A program made the position numbers and the translations under genes. Shown here piece by piece: positions 8,274 to 16,153 of a DNA stretch of 25,647 nt (its first letter is position 1; each line of letters begins with the position of its first letter). The stretch spans positions 1 to 25,647 of the IMG/VR virus record IMGVR_UViG_3300023108_000130. One strand, written 5' to 3'. Origin of the DNA: a virus (Duplodnaviria > Caudoviricetes). The notes beneath the pieces were generated by a model that saw only the letters and a list, made by a program, of their open reading frames with translations, searched no databases and had not been told where the DNA came from.

Positions 8274-8456
8274 TTAGCCTTTCAGCTTTGCAATCTGCAT
8301 CATACAATTTTTTGCTAGGTCATGTTGACCTTGACTTGCAAAATGAGTAGCTGCTCTGCTATATCCAACAACTTCAGTCCATCTTAAAAATCCGGCCCAA
8401 AGTTTTTGGAAGTATGAACGATGATCGATAGTGACTGTATCTACTAAAAAAGCCAT
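8274..8456 (-). CDS. Small hypothetical protein (GYSRAA...G...A motif), coupled to DUF1127 gene
   Basis: 60-aa ORF with TAATG coupling. From memory it resembles small proteins of marine alphaproteobacteria; not verified. Confidence 0.75.
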   Translation of the reverse strand: MAFLVDTVTIDHRSYFQKLWAGFLRWTEVVGYSRAATHFASQGQHDLAKNCMMQIAKLKG

Positions 8457-8680
8457 TAGACAAATCCTTTTAAGTTAGGGTTAAAAGGAGAGATAAGATG
8501 TGATTGTTTCATATCTACATCCTGTCTAGCTATAGAATAGATATCGCCTCTTGCAATACCAATATCATTCAATTCTGCATCAGTTAGCTTACGCAATTCA
8601 TGTTCTGTTTGTCTGATTGCTTTAGCCATTTGATAGTTATTAATTAGCTTCTTGAAGAAGTTGTTTAGTGTCTGTGTCAT
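8456..8680 (-). CDS. DUF1127 (YjiS-like) small protein
   Basis: RQTEHELRKLTDAELNDIGIARGDI matches the DUF1127 consensus R.L..LsD..L.DIGl.R.dI. GAGGA SD lies inside the hsp20 3' end. Confidence 0.9.
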   Translation of the reverse strand: MTQTLNNFFKKLINNYQMAKAIRQTEHELRKLTDAELNDIGIARGDIYSIARQDVDMKQSHLISPFNPNLKGFV

Positions 8681-9104
8681 TTGTTAGTTCCTCGTAATGA
8701 CCAATTTCGATTTTACGAGGACGCATTTCTTCTGGGACTTCATATTTCAAATCAATTGACAATACACCGTCTTTAAGATCTGCTCCATGCACTTTTACGT
8801 GCTCAGACAGCCTGAAGGTGCGTTTGAACTTCTTAGTGGAAATACCACGGTGAATGTACTCGCGACCTTTTGATTCGTGTTCCCCCATCACAGTCAAGGT
8901 ACGATCCTTGAACTCAATATTTAACTCATCTTTGTTAAATCCGGCCACAGCCAATTCAATAAGATATTCGGTTTCACCGGTCTTAAGAATATTGTGGGGT
9001 GGATAGTGGTCTTGAGCATGTTTTGCAGTAAACTCAAGTTCATTAAATAAATGGTCAAACCCAACAAAAGATGAACGTGGGAATAGTGTTTGTAAGCCTG
9101 TCAT
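8640..9104 (-). CDS. hsp20: Small heat-shock protein (Hsp20/IbpA-like)
   Basis: VGFD, YPPHNI, IELAVAGF, YIHRGIS...F.RTFRL, ADLKDGVLSIDL and PRKIEI motifs. AAGGAG SD before ATG 9104. Confidence 0.95.
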   Translation of the reverse strand: MTGLQTLFPRSSFVGFDHLFNELEFTAKHAQDHYPPHNILKTGETEYLIELAVAGFNKDELNIEFKDRTLTVMGEHESKGREYIHRGISTKKFKRTFRLSEHVKVHGADLKDGVLSIDLKYEVPEEMRPRKIEIGHYEELTNDTDTKQLLQEAN

Positions 9105-9160
9105 AGTTATCTCCTTTTTACAAGCAAGAAAGTTATTGAGCCGGTCTTCCGCACTCAACA
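9102..9160 (-). promoter_or_regulatory. ROSE-like RNA thermometer in hsp20 5' UTR
   Basis: Two hairpins. The 3' hairpin UCUU-G-CUU pairs with AAGGAGA (the SD) with a bulged G, giving the U(U/C)GCU ROSE signature. Confidence 0.75.
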
Positions 9161-9166
9161 TTATTT

Positions 9167-9196
9167 ATCATATCATAGTTATTACTTTACGTAAAC
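9167..9196 (-). promoter_or_regulatory. Early-type promoter for hsp20 operon
   Basis: GTTTACG-17 nt-TATGAT with TGn extended -10. The predicted start (~9160) coincides with the first ROSE hairpin. Confidence 0.7.
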
Positions 9197-9203
9197 CCTG
9201 CTA

Positions 9204-9611
9204 TTACTTATTACCAATATTATATTTGGGACATAATTCCCATTGGTCTTTCTCTTTATAAGGCAGGATCTTAATTAGTCGTAATGGTGCGCAATCTAGA
9301 TTTACAGCTCCTTGGATCTCTACTAGACCCCAGTCACTCATTAGTGTGGCAATTGTATTACGACGTTGAATATCCGATAGCTCTAGATTGGCCTTTTTAC
9401 CATCCAACATAAACAGTTCTTTAAAGTGTACTATAAAATAGCGACCTTGTTTATGTAGGATGTGACATGATTGAAATAGCTTTTTATCTTTACGTGAAGC
9501 CACGCCAATCCGTGTAAGTGTTTCGCGAACCTTTAGAAAGTCATCTGGTTCGTTTAAGGTTACTTCCAACATATCTGTTGGAGCCCATTGAATAAAATTA
9601 TCTTCTTCCAC
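9204..9611 (-). CDS. regA: Translational repressor RegA
   Basis: DDFLKVRETLTRIGVASRKDKKLFQSCHILHKQGRYFIVHFKELF. Confidence 0.97.
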   Translation of the reverse strand: MEEDNFIQWAPTDMLEVTLNEPDDFLKVRETLTRIGVASRKDKKLFQSCHILHKQGRYFIVHFKELFMLDGKKANLELSDIQRRNTIATLMSDWGLVEIQGAVNLDCAPLRLIKILPYKEKDQWELCPKYNIGNK

Positions 9612-9975
9612 CTTTATTCACCTTCTGTTTTATTATAGTTATTTGTTCAGGTGATAGGAGGGGAAGGACTTGTTTAGCTTTTTCATTACTATACCCATAA
9701 TATTCTTTAACCACCTCAATATCACTCTCAGTTTCTGGTTTATTCCATTTCGAAAATCGTTTACGCTTTCTGATGGTATTTATAAGAAAATGATATTGAA
9801 GCTTTTTATCAAGATGATGATACTGATTCATGATGTTAGCAAGTTGAATCGTATCGTAGAAATAGCTTAAGGACCGGTTGATCGTAAAGCTATTGTAACC
9901 TTTCTCAGTTATATCGTCAACCATAATATCTTTCTTGGTATGGCTGACACTATTTACATAATCAAATGGATTCAT
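9598..9975 (-). CDS. gp62: Clamp loader small subunit
   Basis: Y.SF.INRSLS, QYHFLINTIRKRKRFSKW and VKEYYGYSNEKA motifs; directly upstream of regA. Confidence 0.93.
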   Translation of the reverse strand: MNPFDYVNSVSHTKKDIMVDDITEKGYNSFTINRSLSYFYDTIQLANIMNQYHHLDKKLQYHFLINTIRKRKRFSKWNKPETESDIEVVKEYYGYSNEKAKQVLPLLSPEQITIIKQKVNKGGRR

Positions 9976-10265
9976 TATATACCTTGTTCAATCCCGCTGT
10001 CTTGCCATGCCCATTCAAGTGATTCGGATATCAGTTTTGATAGCTCGTCAGCAGTGTAGTCTTGAGTGTTAGTCTTTTTATTAATGTGTTTATCATTCAC
10101 ATATAATTGTGGAACCGTCTTATGGCCTCTTTCTTTTACAAACTCTAAAGCCTTAGCATTTTCCTTAATATTAATAGTAACATACGTATAACCAGTTTTA
10201 TCTAGCATACCTTTCATAATATCGCAGAACGGGCAAGCCGGCTGAGTGTAAAGAATAATGCTCAT
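9975..10265 (-). CDS. Glutaredoxin (NrdH/NrdC-like)
   Basis: CPFC active site and TVPQ cis-Pro motif. Confidence 0.9.
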   Translation of the reverse strand: MSIILYTQPACPFCDIMKGMLDKTGYTYVTINIKENAKALEFVKERGHKTVPQLYVNDKHINKKTNTQDYTADELSKLISESLEWAWQDSGIEQGI

Positions 10266-10274
10266 ATGTTTCTC

Positions 10275-10376
10275 CTATTGTAATAGACCAATTAAAAAGC
10301 TATGAAGCAGCTTAAACATAGCGGCATTATCATACACCAATAGCCATAATACAATTATACCAAATACTAATCTCAT
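10275..10376 (-). CDS. 33-aa hydrophobic membrane peptide
   Basis: Manual translation MRLVFGIIVLWLLVYDNAAMFKLLHSFLIGLLQ. ATGA overlap with the gp44 stop; its own stop overlaps the glutaredoxin SD. Confidence 0.6.
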   Translation of the reverse strand: MRLVFGIIVLWLLVYDNAAMFKLLHSFLIGLLQ

Positions 10377-11308
10377 TTGAAATCCACCTGTGCCATTATC
10401 TCAGTTAAGCATGCAACTGTATTTAGCTCTTTATCAGCAACGAAAGCATCCTTATATTGATAATCAGCAAGAATTAATACCAGCTGTGGAATACTTTTAC
10501 CTTCAATATATTCAAAGGCTGTGTCATATAGCTTACGGAATATGGCAGAAGTATCTACGTCCATATTATTTGTAACCCACTGACGCATCTTTTTAAAGTC
10601 TTTGCCTTTAAGGTGCTGTATTAGAGTAGTAACATTAGAGTTATTATTACTAGAAACATCAGCACTAATTGCTCCGGTGACGGCCCGTCGTTGCGCTTCA
10701 TTAAGTGTTCGTCTCCAATCAGGTGCATACTTAGAAACCATATCAGCCACTGCTTGCGGGGTATGTTCTACGCCTTCGCCTTCTAGTACTTGCATTAGAC
10801 GCTTAAAGAACTGTGATGCCACTTCCGGCATATCTTTCTTAGCCGTATTGAATTCATACACACCGCATCGAGAGTGTAGTGGTTCAATGATACGATTCTT
10901 GAAATTACAAGTTAGAATAAATCGACAATTGTCTGAGAACTCTTCGATGAACCCACGAAGAGCTGGTTGGGTGGATTGTGGATTAAGGTAATCGGCTTCG
11001 TCTAGAATGACTACCTTATATCCACCTTGTAGTGATACAGTACTGGCAAACTGTTTAATCTTACCACGTAATGTATCGATGTTACCCTCTTCCGATCCAT
11101 TGATCAGAATATAATCCAACCCAAGCTCATTACACATTGCCTTTGCCACGGTAGTCTTACCAAGACCAGGAGTACCGGAGAAGATCATGTTCTGGATCTC
11201 ACCAGTCTCTACCATTTTTTGGAATGTATCTTTTAGAGCTTTGGGAAGGATTGTTTCGGATATTGTTTTAGGTCTGTACTTTTCACACCAAAGAAAATCT
11301 TTGCTCAT
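10373..11308 (-). CDS. gp44: Clamp loader AAA+ ATPase subunit
   Basis: LWCEKYRP, Walker A GTPGLGKTT, Walker B ILDEAD and the SRC motif. Confidence 0.97.
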   Translation of the reverse strand: MSKDFLWCEKYRPKTISETILPKALKDTFQKMVETGEIQNMIFSGTPGLGKTTVAKAMCNELGLDYILINGSEEGNIDTLRGKIKQFASTVSLQGGYKVVILDEADYLNPQSTQPALRGFIEEFSDNCRFILTCNFKNRIIEPLHSRCGVYEFNTAKKDMPEVASQFFKRLMQVLEGEGVEHTPQAVADMVSKYAPDWRRTLNEAQRRAVTGAISADVSSNNNSNVTTLIQHLKGKDFKKMRQWVTNNMDVDTSAIFRKLYDTAFEYIEGKSIPQLVLILADYQYKDAFVADKELNTVACLTEIMAQVDFK

Positions 11309-11327
11309 AATATTATAATATCCTAAA

Positions 11328-11549
11328 TTATTCTTGTGTTGCTGCTAAATCCTGTTGGAATGTTTCACACATTTGAATAAGCTGCACACATTGATCACGA
11401 AGTTGTCCAAGAGTAGAAAGCTCTTCGCCTTTTACTGCGCCACGTTGGACCATAGTATCAACCACAGCAACTGATGAACGACACACACGGTTTGCTAGGT
11501 CATATACTGGTGCGTGCGATTCTAGATCCAGTTGTTTATCATCACTCAT
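11328..11549 (-). CDS. Hypothetical protein between gp45 and gp44
   Basis: GGAG SD before ATG 11549 (MSDDKQ...); conserved-looking QRGAVKGEELSTLGQLRDQ segment. Confidence 0.78.
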   Translation of the reverse strand: MSDDKQLDLESHAPVYDLANRVCRSSVAVVDTMVQRGAVKGEELSTLGQLRDQCVQLIQMCETFQQDLAATQE

Positions 11550-11550
11550 T

Positions 11551-12225
11551 TTATTCTCCATATTTTGATGACTTTTCCAAAGCTACCCAGTAAGTCAGAT
11601 TACCATCCTTACCTGAGAATTCGGAAATAAGTTCGTTTGATATTTTAACCTGATAATCACTATTGATCATCTTGAGGTTACTAATATTTATAATGAATTT
11701 AAAGCTTTCTGATTTATATCCTCCATCCACTAATACAGAATAACTATTAGAAGTTGCATTCTCGAGATCTACAACCGAGATCTTAATAGCACCACCATCA
11801 GGTTCAACAACCATATGATCGTGTCCAAATGCTGCAGCTGATTGCTTGAGTGCAGCAAGTGTTTGTTGTGGTAGATCAAACCATACGTCCTCACTAGGTA
11901 GGACGATTGATTTCAAAGGTGTGGTAAGCATCTCTGGATCAGAGTAATAATACGTAACCATTGCCCGACCAGCATTACCACCAATGTTCATAAAGTTTTC
12001 TTTAAACATTACATTCGGTGTATCTACTAAGTTAATGACACGCAAGAACTCTGAAAGGTCGTAGATACCGACTTGTGTATCAAATTGTTCAGGTACTACC
12101 GCTTCCGCCAAAACGTTTCTGGCCTCAGACATGGTAGTGATCTTATTTCCAGGCTTGATAACAATGTTACCATTGATCTGGGAGAAGTTCGATAGCACCT
12201 TGATTGTTTCAGCACTTATTTCCAT
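11551..12225 (-). CDS. gp45: Sliding clamp
   Basis: LSNFSQIN, GIYDLSEFL, YYYSDP and YWVALE motifs; synteny. Confidence 0.95.
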   Translation of the reverse strand: MEISAETIKVLSNFSQINGNIVIKPGNKITTMSEARNVLAEAVVPEQFDTQVGIYDLSEFLRVINLVDTPNVMFKENFMNIGGNAGRAMVTYYYSDPEMLTTPLKSIVLPSEDVWFDLPQQTLAALKQSAAAFGHDHMVVEPDGGAIKISVVDLENATSNSYSVLVDGGYKSESFKFIINISNLKMINSDYQVKISNELISEFSGKDGNLTYWVALEKSSKYGE

Positions 12226-12237
12226 TATTTAATCCTA

Positions 12238-13938
12238 CTAAAGTTTTTCTCTTTTAAACTCCAAACGGTTGGCAAATTTACCGTCTAGCATTTCACCCTT
12301 GTGACTGATAATGAATACGTTTGTATCATCATCCAGCGTGTGTACGATCTTCATTAGATTGTCTATGCCTTCATAGTCCAATGACGAATCGAACGTTTCA
12401 TCTAGTATCAACAGATTAGTCGATACCGAGTTTTTCATCTTAGCGATCTGTCTCCAAGTAAATAAAAGGGATAGGTCGATCCGCTGCTTTTCACCCTCAG
12501 AGAAAGAATCGTATGAGAATGAATCACGGTGGCGCGACCTAATAGTCTCGGAGAATGATTCGTCTAAGTTGAAATGAATAAAGAAATCTAGTATCTGTAA
12601 GTAGCGATTAATAAACTGATTGATCACTGGCAAGTATTGCTTAATGATCTTGGTTTTGATACCAGTATCCTTTAACATTTCTAATATAACTGTATTATAC
12701 GACAAAGTTTCGTTGATGTACATCCTATTTTCAAATAAATCTGCTTTTTCTTGCTTTAAATTATCTAGGTCTGCACTGGCTTTGGCTACATCACCATCAT
12801 TGCCGCGTATTTTTGATATGGCAGCGGTGAGAGTGTTAATCTGTCCTTGCAACCGTACGATTTCTCGATTGTTGCCAGATATAAGTGCGGTTTTGGTTCG
12901 GATCTCATTTGAGGTGTCGTTAAGCCGTTCAAGAGTTGATTCCACAGTAGCCGACTGCTCAGCGACATCGTCCAAAGCTTTCTGTATCTCTGATGCTTTG
13001 GATCTGGCGGTGGAGAGTTTCTCCGATCGAAGGTCTGCGTTAATATCTTGGGAACATGTGGGGCATGTAACATTTTCCTCGTAAAACTTCGAGTCCTTGA
13101 CAAGCTGTTTGATTTTTTGATTAAACTCCGCTCCGTAGTGGAGGAGCGTCTGCTTCTTATCGTTGTTCTTTTTGAGACCTTCTTCAAGCCCCTCGGAGAG
13201 CTTTTCGATTTCATCCGATGTAGTGGCATTCTCTTGCTGTAGGTTTGTAATTGAGTCCTCGGCAAGGAAGATTTCGTTTTCTTTTTCTTCAATCTGGTCA
13301 TCGCTTAATGCTTGCACCTCCTTTATATACTTGGACTGCAGCTCTATCTTTTCCTTCTTCAGTTCCAAGTCATAGTCTAATTGACGAAGTTCCTCTTTTA
13401 TTAATGAATTCTTTTCCTTTAAGATCTGATTCATTTTAGAGAATATATTAATGTCCAGAAGATCCTCGATAACATCCCGGCGGTGTTGTGCAGGGAGCTG
13501 CATGAAAGGAACAAAGGAGGATGATCCGAGCACAACAATCTGGTGAAAGCTTTTATGGTTTAGCTTTAGAATGTTTTGTTCGAGGATCCTCTGGTACTCT
13601 TTAGCATGTGACGACTGATTCAGAAGCTGGTCATCTTTCCATATCTCGAACTTCTGTGGCTTAATACCACGAACGACTTTATATCTAGATCCAGCAACAT
13701 CGAATCTTACTTCGACCATGCAATCTTTATTATTAATAGTATTAACAAGCTGTGGCTTATTAATGTTACGGTGCGGTTTACCAAACAATGCGAATGCAAG
13801 AGCATCCAACATAGTTGACTTACCAGCGCCATTATGACCAACTACTAGTGTGGTCTTAAACTTATCGAAATCAATTTCAGTCCAATTATTACCCGTAGAC
13901 AGAAAGTTACGGAAACGGATATTTCTAAATATAATCAT
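12238..13938 (-). CDS. gp46: Recombination endonuclease ATPase subunit (Rad50/SbcC-like)
   Basis: Walker A GHNGAGKST, zinc hook CPTC, signature FSEGEKQR, LILDE and ISH motifs. Confidence 0.97.
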   Translation of the reverse strand: MIIFRNIRFRNFLSTGNNWTEIDFDKFKTTLVVGHNGAGKSTMLDALAFALFGKPHRNINKPQLVNTINNKDCMVEVRFDVAGSRYKVVRGIKPQKFEIWKDDQLLNQSSHAKEYQRILEQNILKLNHKSFHQIVVLGSSSFVPFMQLPAQHRRDVIEDLLDINIFSKMNQILKEKNSLIKEELRQLDYDLELKKEKIELQSKYIKEVQALSDDQIEEKENEIFLAEDSITNLQQENATTSDEIEKLSEGLEEGLKKNNDKKQTLLHYGAEFNQKIKQLVKDSKFYEENVTCPTCSQDINADLRSEKLSTARSKASEIQKALDDVAEQSATVESTLERLNDTSNEIRTKTALISGNNREIVRLQGQINTLTAAISKIRGNDGDVAKASADLDNLKQEKADLFENRMYINETLSYNTVILEMLKDTGIKTKIIKQYLPVINQFINRYLQILDFFIHFNLDESFSETIRSRHRDSFSYDSFSEGEKQRIDLSLLFTWRQIAKMKNSVSTNLLILDETFDSSLDYEGIDNLMKIVHTLDDDTNVFIISHKGEMLDGKFANRLEFKREKL

Positions 13939-14996
13939 GCAATTTCCAGAGACTGTGCCTCAATCATCAAGTTGTTCATATCAGTTTTAATACGATCTTT
14001 ATCCAGCTCCGTATCTACGGTATCGACATAGCTATTCATAAGCGATGATGTATCCTCGAGAGATATGCTTTCATCCTCAATATTACTACCGATAAACTCG
14101 CTAAACGTTTCTTGGATCTTAAGTTCGTGAATCTTTACATTCTGTATTCTATCAACAAATCGGTCGAATGTAAACTGATTTTCTTTATTTTCTACAACTA
14201 TTTTTACAAACTTACCCTCAAGCTGCTTTACATCATAATCTAGATAATCATAATTAGAGTCGTCATAGCGGATGCGATGGAACAGAGTATGAGGATTGCG
14301 GACAGGAGTGAGAGTTCGTGTCTCCGTATCCAAGATATGAAAGAATTTTTTATCATGTGCATCGCTCCAAAAGAATTCTAGTTGTGAGCCAAGATATGTA
14401 ATATTATCTCGTTGGGACCTACAGTGGAAGTGTCCTGATAGTACCATTTCAAATCGTTTGAATAGATCCGGATTCATACCGTGCTTATTCTCTAACCCCC
14501 GCATCATTTCGAAGCCAGTAAGCTCTAAGTGACCGCCAAGGATATCCGCTTTACAATTACTAATAAACTCCAAAGATTCCTTTTCATTCTCCGAACAGAT
14601 CCACGGTAGTAATGCCATTTTCAGTCCATCATAGTCCATAACGGTGGGCTTATGTACGATGTGGACCTCGTTCATATAGTGACCGAGTAGTTCTTTAAGA
14701 GAGTTTAGTTCGTTCGTATTTTTGTAGTAAGTGTCATGGTTACCACAAATAATGTCCATCGTTATTCCGTGTTCCCGGAGCGGTTTAAGGAAATGAGAAC
14801 GGTTGCGGTTAAGAGCGCGGAAGTTAATAAATTTCCGGTTATCATAGTAGTCACCAAGGTGAACGATATGGCGAATACCATGTTCCACCAAATAAGGAAA
14901 GAATACATCAGAATAAAATTTCTCTGCATTATCGAGAAATACGTCAGAACTATTGCGAATACCACAGTGAGTGTCATTTAATATTGCCAGCTTCAT
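13935..14996 (-). CDS. gp47: Recombination endonuclease nuclease subunit (Mre11/SbcD-like)
   Basis: DTH, GDYYD, GNHD, GHLE and SGHFH metallophosphoesterase motifs. Confidence 0.97.
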   Translation of the reverse strand: MKLAILNDTHCGIRNSSDVFLDNAEKFYSDVFFPYLVEHGIRHIVHLGDYYDNRKFINFRALNRNRSHFLKPLREHGITMDIICGNHDTYYKNTNELNSLKELLGHYMNEVHIVHKPTVMDYDGLKMALLPWICSENEKESLEFISNCKADILGGHLELTGFEMMRGLENKHGMNPDLFKRFEMVLSGHFHCRSQRDNITYLGSQLEFFWSDAHDKKFFHILDTETRTLTPVRNPHTLFHRIRYDDSNYDYLDYDVKQLEGKFVKIVVENKENQFTFDRFVDRIQNVKIHELKIQETFSEFIGSNIEDESISLEDTSSLMNSYVDTVDTELDKDRIKTDMNNLMIEAQSLEIA

Positions 14997-15592
14997 TAAT
15001 CATCTTCCATAAACCGTGATAGATCAGAATCAACCTTAAAGATTCGTTTTTTACGTTTTTCCTCCAAAGCATAAGTTTTGAAATCTTGGTCTTTTTCTTT
15101 AACCTTATCGATGCGATTCTTTAACTGGTCAATAAAGTTATTCACTATATCGTTAGCAACATCCTCTTGACCATTTAGAGCGTATTCATTTAAGGTGGAT
15201 TGTGAAAGATATTTCATTTTAATATCTTGTTGTTTTTTCTCATTAGCAATCCGACGTAGGAATGCGTACCAAGAAATCTGAGTAAAATAAGCAAAGGCAT
15301 TCGGATTACCAGTACGTGTAGCTACTTCTGGATCGTAGTTCTCAATAGCCTTTAGACAATTCTCTACGGCATCCATTACCATTTCTTCACGATATGTATA
15401 GCCGATAAAATTAGACTTATGGGATAGACCCTCAGCAATACGTAGAAAGCACCGTGCAATATAATCTGGTACCTTAGGAGGTGGATCATCTGTAGCCTGG
15501 CATTCGCGCACGTGAACACAGTAGTCAACAACGGCTTGAGAAAATTCTTTATTGTTTACATAATGGGGATTTTTCTTCTTAGCTTTACTCAT
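14996..15592 (-). CDS. gp55: Sigma factor for late transcription
   Basis: HYVNNKEF, IAEGLSHKSNF.GYTYREEMV.D and NAFAYFTQI motifs. Start 15592 chosen because the promoter start site falls near 15613. Confidence 0.95.
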   Translation of the reverse strand: MSKAKKKNPHYVNNKEFSQAVVDYCVHVRECQATDDPPPKVPDYIARCFLRIAEGLSHKSNFIGYTYREEMVMDAVENCLKAIENYDPEVATRTGNPNAFAYFTQISWYAFLRRIANEKKQQDIKMKYLSQSTLNEYALNGQEDVANDIVNNFIDQLKNRIDKVKEKDQDFKTYALEEKRKKRIFKVDSDLSRFMEDD

Positions 15593-15619
15593 AATAAAAT
15601 TCCTGTTAATGTTCATACT

Positions 15620-15649
15620 ATTCTATCATAGAAATAATTTGGTGTAAAC
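15620..15649 (-). promoter_or_regulatory. Early-type promoter for gp55-47-46 operon
   Basis: GTTTACA-17 nt-TAGAAT with TGn extension and an upstream A-tract. Confidence 0.75.
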
Positions 15650-15661
15650 CACTTTTTTTTA

Positions 15662-15700
15662 CATTTAGGGGATTTACAAATTTAAAAAAGCCGATATAAT
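15662..15700 (+). promoter_or_regulatory. Orphan early-type promoter facing antisense to the uvsW operon
   Basis: CATTTAGGGGATTTACA-16 nt-TATAAT; near-identical to 18731-18750. Confidence 0.6.
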
Positions 15701-15736
15701 AAATCTAAGGATTTTCGGGAAGGATTAGATACATCG

Positions 15737-16153
15737 TTAATGTAATTTATTTTTATCCCGGTTAAACTCTATTACGTTCGAAAGATCACTATCTGCGGCT
15801 TCCTCCACCATCGATTTTAATCTATCGAAATATTCGTCGACTTTTTCTTGTACCTCTTCAGGTGTTAGATTAGAAGTCTCTACAGCTTCAATAAAGTGTT
15901 TAAGCATTTTATCACTGGGAATAATCTCGGCAAGAACATGGTCGAAATTTAATGAAAGGAATCCGTCAGTGTCATCCTGCATAGTTACCCAAGGACTGAA
16001 GTTATAATATCTCATACCTCTATGGTCGTCATCATAGGCTTTTAATATCATTGCCTTTCGGACAATCATCTCTTCGTCTTCTGCCGGCCACTGGACCACT
16101 TCGCAAATAATCTCATCGCCATTTGATAGTTTAAATTGTCTAAAATCAGTCAT
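15737..16153 (-). CDS. Conserved-type T4-like hypothetical protein between uvsW and gp55
   Basis: FKLSNGDEIIC...F.PW pattern and position as in marine T4-like phages. Confidence 0.8.
   Translation of the reverse strand: MTDFRQFKLSNGDEIICEVVQWPAEDEEMIVRKAMILKAYDDDHRGMRYYNFSPWVTMQDDTDGFLSLNFDHVLAEIIPSDKMLKHFIEAVETSNLTPEEVQEKVDEYFDRLKSMVEEAADSDLSNVIEFNRDKNKLH

Noticed and set aside
9105-9161. 19-aa N-terminal extension of Hsp20 in the ORF track
   Set aside because: This region is the structured 5' UTR; the SD points to ATG 9104.
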